From Vitrella brassicaformis CCMP3155 (taxonomy: Eukaryota > Protista > Chromerida), in NCBI GenBank assembly GCA_001179505.1, contig CDMY01000270.1, positions 77,069 to 141,068 of the forward strand: DNA of 64,000 nt. Reading direction: 5' to 3'. The notes under the pieces are model-generated. The model was given only the letters and a program-made list of their open reading frames with translations, did no database searches and was not told where the DNA came from. The translations under genes and the position numbers were made by a program. Positions 1 through 12,793 of the stretch are shown here, in pieces (position 1 is the stretch's first letter; each line of letters opens with the position of its first letter).

Positions 1-2
1 GT

Positions 3-500
3 CCCTCATCCAACTACGTGACAAACTCAGTGGACAGCGTGGCTGACCATCCCATCCGACGATTCTTCGACCTCGGTGCCAACATCTCCCTCAACACGGA
101 CGACCCCGGCCTGATGGCGGTGGACCTGCCGCACGAGTACAAGCTGCTGCACGAGCTGCCCAGCCTCCACTTCACCCCAGCCGAGTTCAAGGACATGAAC
201 CTCAAGGCGATCGAGGCCAGCTTCATGCCCAAGCACATCAAGGACAAGGTGCGCGACACGTGGTTCTCTCACAAGGACCCCCTGGGCATCGCCGTGCCGC
301 TGCCCGACCTGCAGCCAGCCAAGCAGGTAGCGGCAGCGGCAGTGGCTGCTGCTGTGGCGACGGCAGCTGCCCCGGCAGCCCAGCCGTCGGTGCAGCAGAA
401 GAAGGAGAGGAAGACGCGCATTGCGGAGGATGTGCTGTCGCCAGTGGAGGGCATGCAACCCGAGAGAAAGAAAGAGGGACGCAGATGCTGCTGCTTCTGA
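3..500 (+). CDS. Adenosine deaminase family protein, C-terminal part (5' end outside window)
   Basis: Frame from nt 3 reads (C)PSSNYVTNSV..HPIRRFFDLGANISLNTDDPG. This contains the CPxSN and SLNTDDP motifs of the adenosine/AMP deaminase family. An Ala-rich linker follows, and the protein ends RRCCCF*. Confidence 0.88.
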   Translation, partial: PSSNYVTNSVDSVADHPIRRFFDLGANISLNTDDPGLMAVDLPHEYKLLHELPSLHFTPAEFKDMNLKAIEASFMPKHIKDKVRDTWFSHKDPLGIAVPLPDLQPAKQVAAAAVAAAVATAAAPAAQPSVQQKKERKTRIAEDVLSPVEGMQPERKKEGRRCCCF

Positions 501-959
501 CTGAGACATCCACCTACCAACCAACGAATACATAGATTCCAAGGCCTGGGAGAGGAGGGGATCCCACTGCATGGCCTGGCTCGATCGTTTTCCTTGTCGG
601 TCTGTGTGGCTTCTTTGACTGGCTTTGGGGCGGCGTGGTGCTGCCTTGATCTGTTCTGTTGTCTGCCGAAATGCAGAAGCGTGAATTTTTCCCTTGTGTG
701 AGTGCGTGGTGCAGTGGAGTTTTCGGCTTGCGAGAGAGAAGGGAGACAGGAAGGAAAGCATGGGAGGGTTGACTCGTAAGACAATCCGCCTTAGTCAATG
801 AGACATCGCCCGATCCATATATACGTCAGGAGGCGAAAGACACTGACATTCTGATGTCTTTTTTCCATCCAATCAAGCAATGCCCAGTGACCAGTCATGT
901 CTCTCTCGTTGGCCGGTCGGCCAAAGCTTTCATGACATGACCGTCCATCCACTTCATTC

Positions 960-3900
960 TCAGTATGGAGAGCAGAGGGCCGTCACCTTCACCGATGGCC
1001 GCGGAAGAGTCTTCAGCGTGCCGATGGAGTGCTGGTATTCCAGCCTCTGAGACACCAAATGGGCACATAAGGGAGAGGCACCAATGGCATGGCAGCACCG
1101 GCGTTCTCCTTCTCCCACCTGCATCGTCTCATTGGCATCTTCCGGTTTGAACAACAACCCTCTATTGCTCTTGCTGCGGCCAGTCGGTGCAGGCAAGACC
1201 TTACTCAGTGGCACCTTGCCGCCAGCGGCATACTGCGGCTGCTCCTCCCCTTCCCCGTCCGCCTTAGACTCTGCTGTAGGAATGTCGCTGCGGAACCAGG
1301 CCATCTTCATTGCGGCAGACGACTTGGCGGCCGCCAAGTGGAAAGGCCTCTCTCTGGTGTTCTCCATGTCGGGCGGCTTGGGCACACTGTCGACCAGCTG
1401 AGACCGGCTGGGCACACTGGTGAGAGTGTGGGCGAAGTCGAGAGGGTGCAATGCGCGGCCGCGAGAGAGCTTCTTGCGCTGTGCGGGCTCGGGTGGGAGC
1501 TGGGCCATGGTGTTTTGGATGAAGAACGCGGAGCGGTCCTCTTTCTGGGACGCCTGTTCCTCCAGCTTCTTCTTGACCTCTCGCCGGTACATATGCCGCC
1601 CACCCATGGTGCCTGCACGCAGGGGCACATAGTGAATGCCAAATGCTCATCGAGACACGATGAAATCAGCTGCAGCGTGCTGTTTACCGGCCGGCACGCT
1701 TGGTTTCTCCTTGGCGCGCCCCATCGCGGCAGTGAGTGCGCCTCGCACCTGCTCTTGTATGAAGCCATATGCCGCACCCGTCACCCCCATCATATACTGG
1801 TCGATGATGTCCGCTTGGTCGTCACCCAAATGTGCCTCGATGTCCCCTAGGGCCACCTGAACCAGGCGCCTTTTCGCCGACTTCGCCACGGGCGACGCTC
1901 CAGTCGTGTCCTGACGGTCTTGGTGCACAGCCTGCCCCAGCTTTACGAACCGCAAGTCGACACCGACGGACCTCTGCCTGGGTGTGACTGGCCTGCTGTC
2001 GGGGAAGAGGGGTAGCAGCACTGGCGAAGGGGGCGGGGGTGGACGCTGATAGGGAGAAGCCGGCGTCTCTTGACGCATCTGCGGCTCGGCCTCGGCTTGG
2101 TGCTCAGGGCCAGGGGGAGGGGGAGGGGGAGGATGAGGGGGAGGAGGCGCTTGGCGTATTGGTGTGGGTCCGGATGAGAGGGGGGCAGGGGTGGGGTTCT
2201 TTGTCACCACCGGTGATGTGTCAGGCGACATCTGCTTGGCTGGCCGGAGACCAGACGGCGCGGCCAGAGGGATGCCCGTCAGAATGGGGGACGGCTCGGC
2301 CAGGGCCCCCAGCTGCTGCCCAACGTCAGCAATGGGGGCGTCTGAGAGGCCCTCAAGAGGAAAAACGACGGCACGTTCAGAGGGTGTCCGTCTTGGAACC
2401 TCGCTCGCTCCCGAGGCGGCGGACATTAAGGACTCCCTCCGCCGCCGATCCTTGGCGGATGGCAAAGTGGGATGAGAGGGCGGTCGGCTGACACCTTGAA
2501 GGATTGATGACCCCCCTTCAAATAGAGGCGTTTCGGGGGCCTGAGCACAGGTACATGTCCGCCTTTGTGTGGGGGCGCCCTGTGTCGTGGGTCTTGACCG
2601 CCTTGCCCTCCGCCGCCCCAGTGTCACAATGCTCCCCGTCTCTCGTGACACAGCCGTCCTGTTGTCGATCCAGTGGTAGCCTGCTGCACTTGAAGAGGCG
2701 CTGGACAGCCCTCTGTTGCTCTCGGTCCACCAGTCCAGGATGCTCTCGCCCTGAGCAGTGGTCGACATGTAGGCAGTGGACGCGGGTCGCACAAGCTGTG
2801 TCTCAGACCGCTGCTGCTGCTGAGGTTCATCTGCGGCCAAGTGACGAGAAGACATGCTCTTGCAGAGGAGGAGTGGGGGGCTGCTCGGGTCGACGTCTGG
2901 CCTTTCCCCATCCGTAATGAAGGCACGGGATGACGATGCAGACTCGGGCAGCGGGACTGGGATGGCAGAAGAGGGGCGGTCCAGTTCCCTCCTCTCTGTG
3001 GCAGCTGTGGGTGGTGGTGCTGTGGAAGGTCTGGTGGCTGCATCGAGGATAGCGAGGCTGCGGAGCTCCTCGATTGTGCCCCGCAGCGCCTCAAGCGTTT
3101 CAGGTGTGAGGACCTACAGCCACATGAAACGAAGGACGGACGATGGATGCATCGAACCCCTGGTATTACGGCAATGATGTCTCTCTCGTACCATCGATGG
3201 CGCGACCAGAGGAAAGAATCGGATATCTGGTAGAGGGCGTGGTGCGCCCTCCTCGTCCACTTCATGGGGTCGGGCAAACCGCAACGAATCCATGAAAACA
3301 TCAAGATGATGCCACAGCTGGTTGTGTCTCCGTATGGATGCGAGGGGCGAGTTATTGAGGTATTGTGCCACCCCAGCGGGCAAGACCAGGTCACAGATGC
3401 CCGACGACGGCTTGGGCGGCGGGAAGTGGCTTATGCTCAGGGGCGGGGGCACACGGGTCTTGAGCGTGTCGACGTCCTCGAGAAAGGTACTATTCCACAA
3501 CAGACCAACCTACAGCCACACGTGACTACGCTCAGACGAAATGGAAAAGGCCGTAGGTGTGTGGATTTGTAGCTGACCAGTCTCTGGACGTCTTGACATT
3601 TGCGAGTGAGCTCTTGACGAGTGAATGCTTCTCTCAAAGCATAGAACCGCCGGTAGCGGCTCTCGTACAGCCTTGCGCGCTGCCGGGCCATCTCCTGTGG
3701 ATAGATAGAAAACAGCACACCTCTGCACCGGTTTCACATCTGTCGACCCTGTCTCATATCTCACTCACCTTCATGCTGCTTCTGAACTCCATCGACAGAT
3801 GCCTTTCGACATCCTGTCCTTCACACAGACGGCAGACAGACAAACATACACACACGAGACACGACAATGAATGAATGGGCATTCACCTCACCCTTCGTTT

Positions 3901-5594
3901 TGTGGTTCGGTTTCCCTCACTCACCTTTCTGTCGATGACCATGACCTCCACAGCCCGGCTGCCCGCCACGGCCGCATACTCAAAGAGCCCCTCGTCCTTT
4001 TCTCTCTCCTCGATGACTCTTTGGCGACCCCCTCTTTTGCTGGAAATGTGGTGGAATATACGCAGGTCCTTGAGGACCGACAACCCCACCCACTGCCCTT
4101 CGCTTAGTGTAGCCAGCACTGGCGGCGGGAAGGGAGGGGGACCCATGGCGTCGAGCGACTCTTGCAGCCTCTTGCATTCGTCTTCTTGCTTGATGATCCG
4201 CACCTGAGACACACAAAATGAATGGCAAAGTGATCCATTATGTGTACCTGTAGGCCTGAGACCCTCGCTGTTTGATCGCTATCTGATGCACTGACCTCTC
4301 CCTGGACGATGACCATGAGTTCGTTGTGTGAGGGTTGCATCTCATTCTCGAGGAATTGGCCCATTTTGAAAAACTGCTGTTTGAAGAAGTACGAAATGGC
4401 GTCCACACACTTCTCAGCCACCCTCCCATAGCCAGGCACATACCTGTCGAAACCGAACAGGCAGGCAGCAAAAGAAGGAGACAGCATTGACAGAGACTGA
4501 AATCGAACGATTGCGGCCGGCCCGTACTTGCGGATGAATGCCAGCTTCTTGCGATACTTCTTGCCCATCTCCTTCTTGAGAATGCTATTAAATGCCCTCT
4601 TTGTGAGATAACATGCCTCCACCGGACCCAACAACTGCACAGACGGACCGCCCAAGAAGCAATCAATGTCTGTCTCCGACATGGCATAAGCCATTTCTCC
4701 CTCTCTCACCGCCTTAATGGACGCAGCTCTCTTCTGCTCCGTGATGAGGCCCCTCTCGCCAAACGACGCCCCGCTGGAGAGTATCCCAACCCTGAAGGCC
4801 GCCCACCTCGGCCGGTCTCCCCACTCATCCTCTTCCCCCTCCTCGCTCTCAATGGCAGCCTCACTCATGAACGTCCGCCCCCGCAATGCAGGCGACGGCT
4901 GCTGGCTGCCGAGGCTCTTGCGGGTGGACACTCGCCTGACAGACGTCGGTGAAGGCGCCTCGGGGGTGCGGGGGGCCGTGACGGGCCTGGTAGGAGAAGG
5001 CTGCGCTGACGATGATGCGGACGACGAAGAGCTCTCTTCGGACTCGGGCAGCTGAATCGGCTGGGGTGTCTGAAAACGGGTTACCAGGGTTGGGAAAATC
5101 GCTGTGAGCAGAGAGTATTGCGGACCTGTATTCGGAGGTACGCCGGGAGCAGTTGCTCTGGCTTGATGTAGATGCCACATGTGCCGCGAAGGATGATGTA
5201 GAAATTGTCGGCCTCCTCGCCTTGACGACATAGATAGGTCCCCTTGACGAAGCACTCGTACAAAAGGTTCTGACACACCTGCACCAGGGGCGCAAAAGAA
5301 AGAGAGACATCCATCGCTCGCTTCCACAACCATCTGCTGCATCATTTCCGCCTCCCGCCTCCCAGCTCTCACCGCCTTTTGTGTCTTTTCGGGGAGTGTG
5401 CTGAAGAAGCTGTTCTGTTCCAAGAGGCGCCGCAGCTGTGAGACGTGGTAGACACTCCTCTCCTCTGAGAAGACAGGAACAAGACACAATCAAGCATATG
5501 GTCTGGTCGCCTGTCTTATGCTCTCGTTACTCGGCGGCTGATTTTTGAGTATCTCCACGCAGGTGCGCAGACGGCGACCGTCGGAGTCTTCCAT
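960..5594 (-). CDS. Multi-exon cyclic nucleotide-binding domain protein with long low-complexity C-terminus (3' end approximate)
   Basis: Hand splicing from ATG 5594 gives MEDSDGRRLRTCVEILKNQPPKERSVYHVSQL..FFSTLPEKTQKAVCQNLLYECFVKGTYLCRQGEEADNFYIILRG, then SFGERGLITEQKRAASIKA (phosphate-binding cassette). A second degenerate CNB repeat follows (ISYFFKQQFFKMGQFLENE..VIVQGEVRII). Exons join in phase through canonical GT-AG introns to ~3.5 kb. Inclusion of the ORFs at 960-2855 in the same gene is inferred. Confidence 0.75.
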
Positions 5595-5799
5595 TTGCTG
5601 TCACGGCGGGGAAAGCAGATGGGGCTCAAGAGAGGGGCTCATCTATTGGGGCTCATCAAGACCTCAAAGGTGTCCCATTATATCGTCAGATGAGGTGGAT
5701 CTGCGCACGTGTGCACGATGTCCGGCGCGCGAAAGAGCCGGTCGGTCGGTCGGGTAAGGGTCCGCCCTGTCTTCCCTTTCCTGCCCTCTCAGCCGCCTT

Positions 5800-5807
5800 T
5801 GCGAGCT
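5800..5807 (+). promoter_or_regulatory. Candidate promoter octamer TGCGAGCT (cNMP-protein/TenA divergent interval)
   Basis: Exact match between ATG 5594(-) and ATG 5935(+). Confidence 0.5.
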
Positions 5808-5934
5808 AAGCTTGCAGCTGCATGAATTCGACCTAATGAAAGGAGAAGAAGGGAAGAGAAGAGAACCAGCAGACCATTTCATGGAGTCAGCGGCTATTCA
5901 GCATCGCAGCCACCAGCAGCATCCGGGGTGTGTC

Positions 5935-7615
5935 ATGAGCAGCGCTGAATCATCGGGGAGATCACGTCGTGACAGACGACACAGTAGGTGGCTGCATCTT
6001 TCTCTCGCCGTCGCCGGTCTTATCCATTCGTCCCTCGCCCTCTCCTCGAGACCATCTCTTCGTGAGCTCATGACTGTCCCGCCTCAGGTGCGGCATTCGG
6101 CCACGCCAGCGCTGTTCGCGATAGCAGCAAAGCCGCCTGTCAATGGATCTGAGGATCGGCGGACCTGTCACCGCCCCTTGCCACGGCGAAGACTACGGTG
6201 CTCATCTGCCAGCACTGATCTGCCGCTGACTGACGGCAATCCGCTTGAAGGGCTTCCAGAGTTCAAGTTCCCGTCGACCAAGACCAGCAAGACGCCCACA
6301 ATGGAGCCGCCGAAAGAGCAAGACCGGCCGACAGACAAGCAGCCGAAGACGGAGGAGACGATATCAGAAGACGAGTCAAGGTCAAGCTGTGTTGCAGAGC
6401 AAGGAGAGGACCTGGGAAGGTCGCTAGTGCAGGGGATGGGGGAGGGTGAGGCTGAAGTAGGGGAGGATGCTGAGCCGGCGAATGACGTGTTGCGTGTCAA
6501 GTTTGGGAGTGCGGTGTGGCAGAGTGTGAGTGGCACCTACCAGCGGCTCGCGGATCACCCATTCTGCCTCGACATGGCTGAAGGAAACCTACCCGCGGAG
6601 GTCAGTGAGGGCTGCAGTTAACACCATCACATAAACATACACACACGGACTTGTGGCCGTTGTCCTGTTGTGTGTGACTGTTGTGACTGGAACATTCTGT
6701 CTGCCCACTCAGGTGTTTCAGCGTTTCGTGGTGCAGTGTCTTGTGTTGCTGGATGACGTCCAGAAAGGGACCTCTGTGCTGGCACAGCGCACCCCCGAGG
6801 GCCTGCAGGAGATGCTGATGGAGGTGGCCTCTGTCAGCCGGCAGGTGTCTGATGACCTCAGCAGCCAGTACCCACAGCAAAGGGAGCTCCTCGAGCTGGG
6901 TACGCTCGCTGGTCTGCAGTGCAGCCAGCTGACAACAGCTGATGCAAAAAGCTGTGTAAGTGCTGTGTTGTGTGTTTAAACTGTCAGGTTCGGTTCGATT
7001 TCCGTGTCAGCTGGACAGCTGCTTCTATTTGTCCAACTTTATCCGCAGCACGTGTGGCACACGAGTGCTGCCGGCCGGCCTCGCTTGCATCATCGCCTTC
7101 TGGTGGATACTCAGGTAGGTCCTAATGTGGCCGGGGCGGGGCGGCGAGCCATGAAGTTGAAATGCGGCCATAGTACGGTCGGTCATTGCGTGTGTGTCAT
7201 GATGCGACGCGTGCTGTGCTGTCTTCCTTCAGGGACATGCTGAAGGAGATCGACGTGGTTGCGTCACAAGACAATCCATACAGGTCGGTATGCGGAATGC
7301 ATGCACAGACAGACACCTGAGGCACGGCAACACATGAACCAATGGGGTAGGGCAGCATGCGGTGCCATGCGATGCGATGTGTGTCTTCTTCCTTCCAGGC
7401 CGGCGCTCCAGGCGGTCTGTTCGTCCTACACACTGCACACCGTCGAGTCGCTTCGGTTCCTCCTCGACGCCATCGGGGAGTCCACCGGTGACACTGGCAG
7501 GACGGAGATCGAGCGTGTCTTCCAGGCCATGAGTGGACTGCTTCTCAACATGGTCGAGGAGCTCTACCCCTCACCCCCACCGCCACCAATGCCGGGATTC
7601 GAGCAGGCCGGCTAA
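5935..7615 (+). CDS. TenA/THI-4/PQQC (haem-oxygenase-like fold) family protein, divergent, with N-terminal targeting-like extension; 5 exons
   Basis: Spliced product contains LADHPFCLDMAEGNLPAEVFQRFVVQC, AGLACIIAFWWIL and SQDNPYR. These resemble the TenA motifs HPF..L..G.L....F..Y..QD, LLPC.W.Y and NPY. The N-terminus has a hydrophobic stretch (WLHLSLAVAGLIHSSLA) followed by an S/R-rich region. Confidence 0.65.
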
Positions 7616-8269
7616 GCCGGGATTTGGCTGGCCCATCTGTGGCGGTGACTCTGGTGCGTTTGTGAGGTGCGTTTGTTTGTGAGGTCGTAGAGGCGTTGGT
7701 CAGCCAAATCAAGTAGTGACTTTTGATGTGGACCATTCAGACATCTTCGTATAATGCCAGTGACTTCACGGTGTGTTTATCAGCACTAAACCCACCCCCT
7801 CCAGCGGGCACGTCCGTTTGTATGGTGTTCGCGTGTCTGTGCTGTCGCCCACTGGCGCAGCTCGAGTGAAAGGGGCGAGCGGGTCGTGTGTGTTATACAA
7901 CCAAACTCACACATCAGATGCGCAAACGTTCGTGGGAGACGTGTGTGGTGTGGTGTGTGGGGGTGAAGCGCACCATATGGCATGAGTATGGATTGAATCG
8001 ACGACACGCACGCACACGAGCCACACACAAATACACACGCAAGCACTGCTGTCCATCGTGCACATGTTTGTATGGATTGATGAGTTCGGTCGGTAGGGCT
8101 ACACTTGTGTGTCTCGCAGATGCACCGAGGCAGCGCTGCGCTATCTATCTCCGCCACTTCGTCGTGGCCGTCCTCCCCGACCCCCACCTGACATCCATCC
8201 ATCGACCGATGACCCGCACAATGAATCTGAAGCAGCCGGTCTAACTTGACCCCTCGCCACTCTCACCTT

Positions 8270-10245
8270 CAGCCGTCATCTGCTGCTGCTGCTACTGGCC
8301 GGCTATCGTCCCACTCCTCCCGCAACTCGCCATCCACATCTGCACACACACAGAGGAGGCACACACATATCCGGCTGGACACAAGACACACCCCGCTCGC
8401 CCGCACCCCTCTTGCCTGTGTTGGTGAGCTCCACCAGCGGCCCGCCATCGTCAATGTCGTCATGATGCTGCACACTGGGGGGCGCTGTGGCGGCGGCAGC
8501 TTCTGAGTGGTCCGATCGCTTGACCTCAGCCTCGAAGAACGCCCTGCATCAATGGGGAGAGAGCGAAATGGACAAGAGACGGGTGGGGGTGATGAATATG
8601 TGGCTCGGTTGGTTACACACTTGAATTTGCGTCTCTCCTTGGCCTCCTCGTCGGCCTGCATCTTCTTGACCTCACGCAGCAGCTTACTGCATCAGACAAC
8701 ACAAGCAGAGAGACAGACCATGAATCGCCTTCGCCTTGGCCCCCTTCGTCCCCTCTATGTCTGCCTCTCCTTCTGCAGGCACCCACCTGAGTTCTGTGTC
8801 GTTGGGTGCGATGTCTAGTGCCCTGATGACGTTCCTCTTGGCCTCACCGAAGTCCTTGCACTCCAGATGGGCCCGCGCCCGGCGGTAGAGGGCCTTGACC
8901 AGGTGGGGGTCCACGGCCAGCACCTCCGTGCACCGGCAGATCGTCATGGCCTAGTCCTTCAACTCCAAATAACACGCCGCCTGCACTCATAAATCGACAC
9001 AACAGACACACACACGGTGTGGCGTGTTGGGCGTTCGTGTGCCTGCCCTGCCCACGGGCATACCTCATTGAGTTTGCACAAGGTAGCCAGGCGGTGCCTC
9101 TCCTCCTCGATGGCGGGGCTGGGCGCCACAAAGGCCAGGAGGCGGGCGGCCTTCGTGTAGTGTCGCAGGGCGTCCTCACACTGCCGCGACTGGAAGGACG
9201 TGTTGCCCTGGCCCTTGCATGCCTCAGCCCTGTTGCCATCACACCAACACACAACAGATGGGCGTGAGTGTTTGCTCTCTGGTCCTGGTCACTCACTCGT
9301 CGAGTCGCTGTTTGGCCTCGCCCTCGCCGTCTATGTCGTCCCACTCGTCCTCCTCCGAGTCGCCATCCTTATCTGCACACACACACAAAACACATCCGAG
9401 TGAGAGATGCAGCAAGGCGGGCTGGGCACCGCACAGACCACTTACCCTCACCCTCATCGCCATCGTCGTCATCCGCACCCTCCTCTGCACACCACCACAC
9501 ACACACCGATTCATCCGACCGACAGACCGAGATGGAGGCGGCTGGCTGCACACTCACCCTCATCAGAGGCTTCCTCCTGTTGGTTGACCGCCATGTCTGC
9601 GATGGTGCTGCCCAGCGGGCCGCCCACCAGAGGGGCGGTGGCGGGCCGGCGGTCCTTGAAGGCATCAGATGCATCACCCACTGGCGGCTCGTTGGTGACG
9701 ATAGAAACAGCCACTGCAAAACAGCACACGTCAAAGGACGGCTCAATCAGCAGAGGATCTGTGACGCCTCACCTGTGGTCGTGTTGGCCTGAGTGATGAT
9801 GAGAGTGATCCACGCGACGAATGGGCTGTCGAACGGCGTCAGCAGCAGAATCCGAACCTCAACAGGAGGATCAGTATCGTCCCACCTACTCGCCACGACG
9901 GCGGTGCATCGGTGGGGCGGCTGGTGGGGCGACTGGTTGAGGAGGCCGTCCAGCACACCGCCGTGAGCATGCCTGAGGAGACCAACACATGACAGAGGGA
10001 AGAGGCCCTCATGAATCGATGTGTGTGTCTGAGTGTGGTCTGTCCTGCGTACCGGTTCCCGTAAAGCCATGGCGTCCTGCCAACATTGGCCACTGGGGGG
10101 AGCAGGATGACCCTCATGACGAACGCCGACGTCGAGGCCTGAGTGAGCACCTCACCGCCGGCCGTCCAGCCGCCCCCCTGCCGGCCGATTCTGGATCTGA
10201 CGGGCGGGTTGTCGTTAATGGTGTGTGTGTGGTATGGGTGGGGGG
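8270..10245 (-). pseudogene. Copy A (3' part): lineage-specific domain + C-terminal TPR (PPID/FKBP-type) gene with an in-frame TAG; 5' part lost at a gap; 3' end approximate
   Basis: TPR motifs AEACKGQGNTSF..ALRHYTKA and LYRRARAHLECKDFGEAKRNVIRALDIAPND. The codon at 8951-8953 is TAG (..LELKD*AMT) where copy B has TAC (..LELKNYAMT). Confidence 0.7.
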
Positions 10246-10545
10246 NNNNNNNNNNNNNNNNNNNNNNNNNNNNNNNNNNNNNNNNNNNNNNNNNNNNNNN
10301 NNNNNNNNNNNNNNNNNNNNNNNNNNNNNNNNNNNNNNNNNNNNNNNNNNNNNNNNNNNNNNNNNNNNNNNNNNNNNNNNNNNNNNNNNNNNNNNNNNNN
10401 NNNNNNNNNNNNNNNNNNNNNNNNNNNNNNNNNNNNNNNNNNNNNNNNNNNNNNNNNNNNNNNNNNNNNNNNNNNNNNNNNNNNNNNNNNNNNNNNNNNN
10501 NNNNNNNNNNNNNNNNNNNNNNNNNNNNNNNNNNNNNNNNNNNNN
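10246..10545. other. Scaffold gap (300 N)
   Basis: N run. Confidence 1.
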
Positions 10546-12717
10546 GTGGTTTGCTTACACACTTGAGTTTGCGTCTCTCCTTGGCCTCCTCGTCCGCCTG
10601 GATCTTCTTGATCTCACGCAGCAGCTTACTGCATCAGACAACACAAGCAGAGAGACAGACCATGAAATCGCCTTCCGTTGGCCCCCTTCGTCCCCTCTAT
10701 GTCTGCCTCTCCTTCTGCAGACACCCACCTGAGTTCTGTGTCGTTGGGTGCGATGTCTAGTGCCCTGATGACGTCCCTCTTGGCCTCACCGAAGTCCTTG
10801 CACTCCAGATGGGCCCGCGCCCGGCGGTAGAGGGCCTTGACCAGGTGGGGGTCCACGGCCAGCACCTCCGTGCACCGGCGGATCGTCATGGCGTAGTTCT
10901 TCAACTCCAAATAACACGCCGCCTGCACTCATAAATCGACACAACAGACACACACACGGTGTGGCGTGTTGGGCGTTCGTGTGCCTGCCCTGCCCACGGG
11001 CATACCTCATTGAGTTTGCATTTGGTAGCCAGGCGGTCCCTCTCCTGGCGGGGCTGGGCGCCACAAAGGCGAGGAGCCGGGCGGCCTTCGTGTAGTGTCG
11101 CAGGGCGTCCTCACACTGCCGCGACTGGAAGGACGTGTTGCCCTGGTGCTTGCATGTCTCAGCCCTGTTGCCATCACACCAACACACAATAGATAGGTGT
11201 GGGTGTTTGCTCTCTGGTCCTGGTCACGCACTCATCGAGTCGCTGTTTGGCCTCGTCTGTGCTGACGATGGCCGGCGCTGCCTCGCCCTCTCCGTCGCCA
11301 TCCTCTGCGCACCACCACACACACGCCGATTCATCCGACCGACAGACCGAGGTGGAGGCGGCAGCTTGCACACTCACCCTCAATGGATTCCTCCTGCTGG
11401 TTGACCACCATATCTGCGATGGTGCTGCCCAGCGGGCCGCCCACCAGAGGGGCGGTGGCGGGCCGGCGGTCCTTGAAGGCATCCGATGCATTACCCACTG
11501 GCGGCTCGTTGGTGAGGGCAGAAACGAACACTGCATCCAGCGACACAGCACACGTCGTCAAAGGACGGCTCCATCACCAAAGGATCTCTTATCCGCTCCC
11601 TTACCCGTGTTCGTGTTGGCGCTGGTGCTGAGAATGATCGATGCGACGAATGGGCCATCGAACGCCGTCGGCAACAGAATTCGATACTCTACAGGGGGAT
11701 CCCTATCGTCACCCCTGCCCGCCACGACGGCGGTGCATCGGTCGGGGGGCTGGTGGGGCGAGTTGTTCATGAGGCCGTCCAGCACACCGCCGTGAGCATG
11801 CCTGAGGAGACCAACACATAACAGAGGGAAGAGGCCGTCATGGATAGTTGTGTGTCTGAGTGTCGTGTGTGTCCTGCTTACCGGTTCACGGCAACCCATG
11901 GTGTCCACCCCAAATTGGCCGCTGAAGGGACCATGATGATCCTCATGATGAAGGCCGACGTCGAGGCCTGAGTGAGCACCTCACCGCCGGTCGTCCAGCT
12001 GTCCCCCTGCGGGTGGATTGTGGATCTGACGGGCGGGTTGTCGTTGATGGTGTGTGTGCGGTATGGGTGGGCGGGGGGGAGGGGGGGGTTGATGTCCAGC
12101 TCGAAGCCCGGCTCGTCCTTGATGGCACGGACACCGCCGCTCGGCTGGTCGAACAGCTCAAAACGGCCCAACTGGCCGCCGAAGTTGACGTGCCGGCCGA
12201 CCATCTTCCACAGCGCAATCACACGCGCATCGGCCAAATACGCCTCCACACACACCACTGACAGACAGACAGACAGATGAGTGCCACCCGCCCCGCCCCG
12301 CGCTCATCTGCCCACCTGTTTGCTATCGTGACGCTCCAGGTCGGCCACAGCCAGTGTGATGGGCAGCTGACAGAAGCCGTGCTGCCTCGCCACCTTCAGC
12401 GCATTGGCCACCTCGGTCCACTGCTGTGTGTCCACCAGCCAGATGGCCTTCAACACGAGCTTGGTCTCCAGCTGCAAATCGAATGCGATGGTGCCGTCGA
12501 GCTGTTTGGCCGCCAGGCAGCGCCCCGGCCGATTACGGAGGACGGCAGCCGAGAAGTCTATCTGCGATAGGAAGGCGGCCGTGCATCTGAGTATGCCGAT
12601 GACCTCGAGTGTGTGGATGGCATCCCGCCCCAGGCTGTGGATGAAATCGATGGCCTCGTTCCCTCTGGCCGGCGGGACGGCCTGCCGGCTGCTGGGTACC
12701 GTCAAGTCATTCCCCAT
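10546..12717 (-). pseudogene. Copy B: lineage-specific domain + TPR gene (starts MGNDLT), frameshifted in the first TPR
   Basis: Exons splice in frame from ATG 12717 up to the TPR. Near 11047 it lacks the 7 nt ATCGAGG present in copy A (9105-9111, minus-strand reading), which shifts the frame and reaches a stop in the next exon. The 3' end is cut by the gap at 10545. Confidence 0.7.
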
Positions 12718-12793
12718 GGGCAATCCCCGAGGCGCGTAAACTCGCATCTGAGTTTACACATAAGGATCGGATTCTTCTAGCTCTTTTCGGCTG

